A stretch of 63,765 nt of DNA, the filler included, from Choristocarpus tenellus KU-1152 (taxonomy: Eukaryota; Protista; Phaeophyceae): assembly GCA_964200185.2 (NCBI GenBank). It is 11 parts of 11 records of this genome, joined end to end, with 100 filler letters (N's around TTAATTAATTAA, not from the genome) between each part and the next. Parts side by side here need not be neighbours in the genome. Positions count along the whole stretch, not along the records: positions 60,735 to 63,765 come from CAXNAD020022810.1; 10 more parts are not named here. One strand, given 5' to 3'. The notes beneath the pieces were generated by a model that was not told the DNA's origin, did no database searches, and worked only from the letters and a program-made list of their open reading frames with translations. Below are positions 60,735 through 63,765 of this stretch, in pieces. Both the position numbers and the translations under genes were made by a program. The stretch's first letter is position 1. Each line of letters starts with the position of its first letter.

Positions 60735-62551
60735 CCCCTCGTCCCCTGCGCTTACTGCTCTTCCGTCTGCAGCACCTTCTCCATGCCCATCAAGAAGGTC
60801 CCATGAAGAGCTTTTTACGGATGGTGTCCCATTTTCTCGGCTGATACCAGTGATTTCCTCCAAGCCATTGGGGTCCTCTAGACTACAGTGATTGACTGTT
60901 GTTCCTTCCTCACCCAGCAGCCCGCCTTCAATGTTGTGATCTTCATTCCACAGACCCCAGCTCTCGGCAAGGGAAGAATTGGGGGTAGAGCTTGATCCGA
61001 ATTGTGTGGAGAGCTGTATGCCGCTTGTGGTAACAACACTGTGGGGAACTGCGATTTTCTGGGAGGCGTAGTATGCCTGAGGGGAAAATCGTGGGTCATA
61101 AAGGGGATTTTTTTAATGTTAGAAGGAGGAGGTGAAAACACATCAAAGGCCCTAAGAAAGAATGATCACTCCAATGTCTGAAAGTGGTTGTGAGGATGGA
61201 TGGTATGGCAATTTGTTGACTTCCAGAATTGGCAAATAACAACTTGTACTTGTCTCCCTGAGATTCCGTTGGCATGTGTAAGGCCTTTCCCATGTGCTGG
61301 CAGCTTCCTCAAATCTCAATTACTTATCTCTTCAGGACCTGTTGGCCTTTGAGAGATAACCTCAAATGTTGGATTGCTGTTTACAATCACACTTGATCCA
61401 AGCTGGTGGTTACGACATATTCACACCGCAAAACAAGCTGAAACGCCTGATAGTGACCTTCAAAACTATTGTTAGTGCCGAAGGTGTGTGTGTTCAGATT
61501 CAAAGAACCTGCCATGGAATGAATGAATTAATTTGATTGGCCGCAGACACACTGATTCTCACTCTGCACCATCCATTTCACAGAAAGACCAATATTTCCG
61601 ACAAAGGATGATGAAGTAGAGTGAAGCGTTATAAAAGCACAGGAGACTGCGGTACAGTTGCTTTGTTGAACTTTTTCTGATGGATATGCGATAAAATATT
61701 CTACTAGGTTGGGAAGACAATCTTGCAAACCTACCCTGAAGAACCTAATCATATCAAAATGGACACCCTGTACAGGATACTCGCAATACTTCAAATCTAC
61801 ACAAAGCAGAATATAGTGTTTTAAAACAAGGACATTATTGCACAAGCAGTCAGCTACGTGAACACTGACAAAATTAATGTCCTAGGCTTATCTGGATATA
61901 CCAGTAGCAGATCAACTGCCTGTCCCCATTTCAAAATGTGTCGCTGGGCCAATGGTGATAATTTTTTGTTTGTTTGAAGGATTTAATGCCTCTTTTTCTA
62001 TCAGAAAACAAGTTAGGCTACTGGAATATTGAGATCTATGGCGATAGATCAATTGCTGGATCAGTAATGCTGGCTGCAGATGTCCTATGATGTTGAGGAT
62101 ATTGAAGGCTCAGGAACATGTGCAAATTGTCACATCATTCCTTTCCTTGATCTCCTCCTCATGTTGGAAGCATTTCATCATTTGAAACTTGATGCTGCTC
62201 TTGTGCGCATGTAAGTTTCTCTTCTGTCATTGTCTCATCTCACCGCTGAACCTGCCCCAGGAGCATACAGGTCTCCCTCTGCGGCAATGGCATGGGCATC
62301 AACTGCTGGGCTTACAATCCCCTCTCTGTGCCCAAACCCTCCTTGTCGTCTACCCCAAGAAGCTTGACCTATTCCTGGCTCCTTATCAGTGCCATTGCTT
62401 CGAGTCATTCGGGCAGGGAATGTCGTCTGATTGTTTGTTCTCCTGATGAAGAGTATGAGTGGAGACTATAAATCAGAACGGGGTGTGGAGTCAATCTACA
62501 GCGTACTCTCTTGCCTCCAACAGTTGATACTGGGTAGGCTACCTCTCCTGG

Positions 62552-62553
<2 letters not shown>

Positions 62554-62595
<42 letters not shown>
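62554..62595. repeat. (CA)n microsatellite
   Basis: Direct reading. Confidence 0.9.
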
Positions 62596-62596
<1 letters not shown>

Positions 62597-63743
62597 TGCA
62601 TCTATGTACCTGTACCCCCTTGTTTCTCCCAGGAAACACAATGTTCTAACATACATTTCCTTCATTGTGAAGTGGAGCAGATCCTTTTAACTGCCCCAGA
62701 CAAACCGACTTAGGGGAGCAGGGAGTCGTTCTGTGTTTTTGCATTAGTTTTTAGGTGCGCCGCTTTGGTTAACTAACCCCCCTGCCCAAGGTGCTGTGTC
62801 TTGCTGGCTGACTTTCTCTAGCTATGGTCCCTGGTGTATGTTCAATTGCACAATAGGGTGCTGTGCGATCTGATTAACTTGAGAAGGACAACCCCCCCCT
62901 CAAAAAGGTAACAAAAAATATCCTGAGGTTTTGGTGACTGTCTGTTTGTCTTCAACTAGGGGGATTTCTGTGCATAGGTTCTTCAGGCATATTTTGTCCT
63001 TTGCAATATTTGTGTCTATCAATAGCTTTGCTTCTTTTGTAACACCTACATGTACCGATTAGTGGAATGGCCCAGAACTTGTCTTGCCTCAGCCCGAACG
63101 AATTTGAGTCATGTCCTTCACATCCAAAGTTTATACTAAATGCTATTTTTGTAGAGTCGATTGATTATGCACTCTTTCCATTCTTAGTTTTCTACTGCAA
63201 CAGTATATTAACAAAAAAAACACTAGAGTGGTGTGAAGGAGATCCTACAAGGAGGGTGTTCTAATTCAATTACAACAAAGGCTGGGGGAGAAGACACTGG
63301 GAAAGTCATAACACAGGGTGCATATCGCTGTACTGTAGTAATATCTTGATATTGGAGGTCAACTTTCAGATTTGGCGATTTAATACGAAAAAGGCACATC
63401 CTGAATATGTACCGACTGTCAGGGCATGCGCCAACTATTTGAGTGAGATAAGGAGCTTGAACTGTGAAGTATTACATGGCACGATTCAAGGCAGAAATCC
63501 AGGACATTTGCCTTGCCTGAGCGTGAGCTGTGGGCAATGGAAGTTAGTCTGGGTGCAGGAATCTCGACCCAGGCCTAGGTCAGGGTCCCCATATCCGTAG
63601 ACCTGTATGATGAGGTAAGAGGCATGATACAATCCTATCAGCGTCGGATACTCTGATGTGGACTTAATTTTTTTCAAAGGATAAGAATGGATGTGGTTCT
63701 CCTCCTGTTTGTGAAGTAAGCCTCACATTGCCCCTTGCATGGA

Positions 63744-63765
63744 GACCCAAAATATCTGTGGGGGG
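63744..63765 (+). mobile_element. Start of a MITE family B copy
   Basis: GACCCAAAATATCTGTGGGGGG. Confidence 0.5.

Noticed and set aside
60735-63740. Transposase or gene relic in the last contig
   Set aside because: Coding-like patches but many stops and no motif I can name.

Overview
Eukaryotic, intron-rich and transposon-rich DNA. It is most likely a stramenopile of brown-algal type; this is inferred from the gene content (eEF3, OSCA-like channel, DHAR), the REL retroelement family and TTAGGG-like repeats. The window is not contiguous: 11 short contigs are joined by artificial 100-nt linkers (44 N + TTAATTAATTAA + 44 N), so adjacency across a linker means nothing. Host genes, mostly partial exon sets: M14 cytosolic carboxypeptidase, an unknown minus-strand gene, an OSCA/TMEM63-like channel, DHAR/CLIC-type GST, Elongin-B-like protein, eEF3-like ABCF, an SLC12 cotransporter 3' end, and a complete 4-exon epoxide hydrolase/dehalogenase-type alpha/beta hydrolase. 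RNA genes: two identical tRNA-Leu(AAG) genes and two decayed copies, each followed by a homologous trailer with conserved hairpins. This is the best candidate for something undescribed. Mobile DNA: a copia element with RT/RNase H deleted, a gag-knuckle-only LTR element with 5-bp TSD, solo LTRs, two mariner-like DD40D elements, a tyrosine-recombinase (DIRS/Ngaro-type) element, REL-endonuclease non-LTR fragments, a probable KDZ transposase relic, and two related MITE families with 3-bp TSDs. No CRISPR array or prokaryotic defence system is visible.
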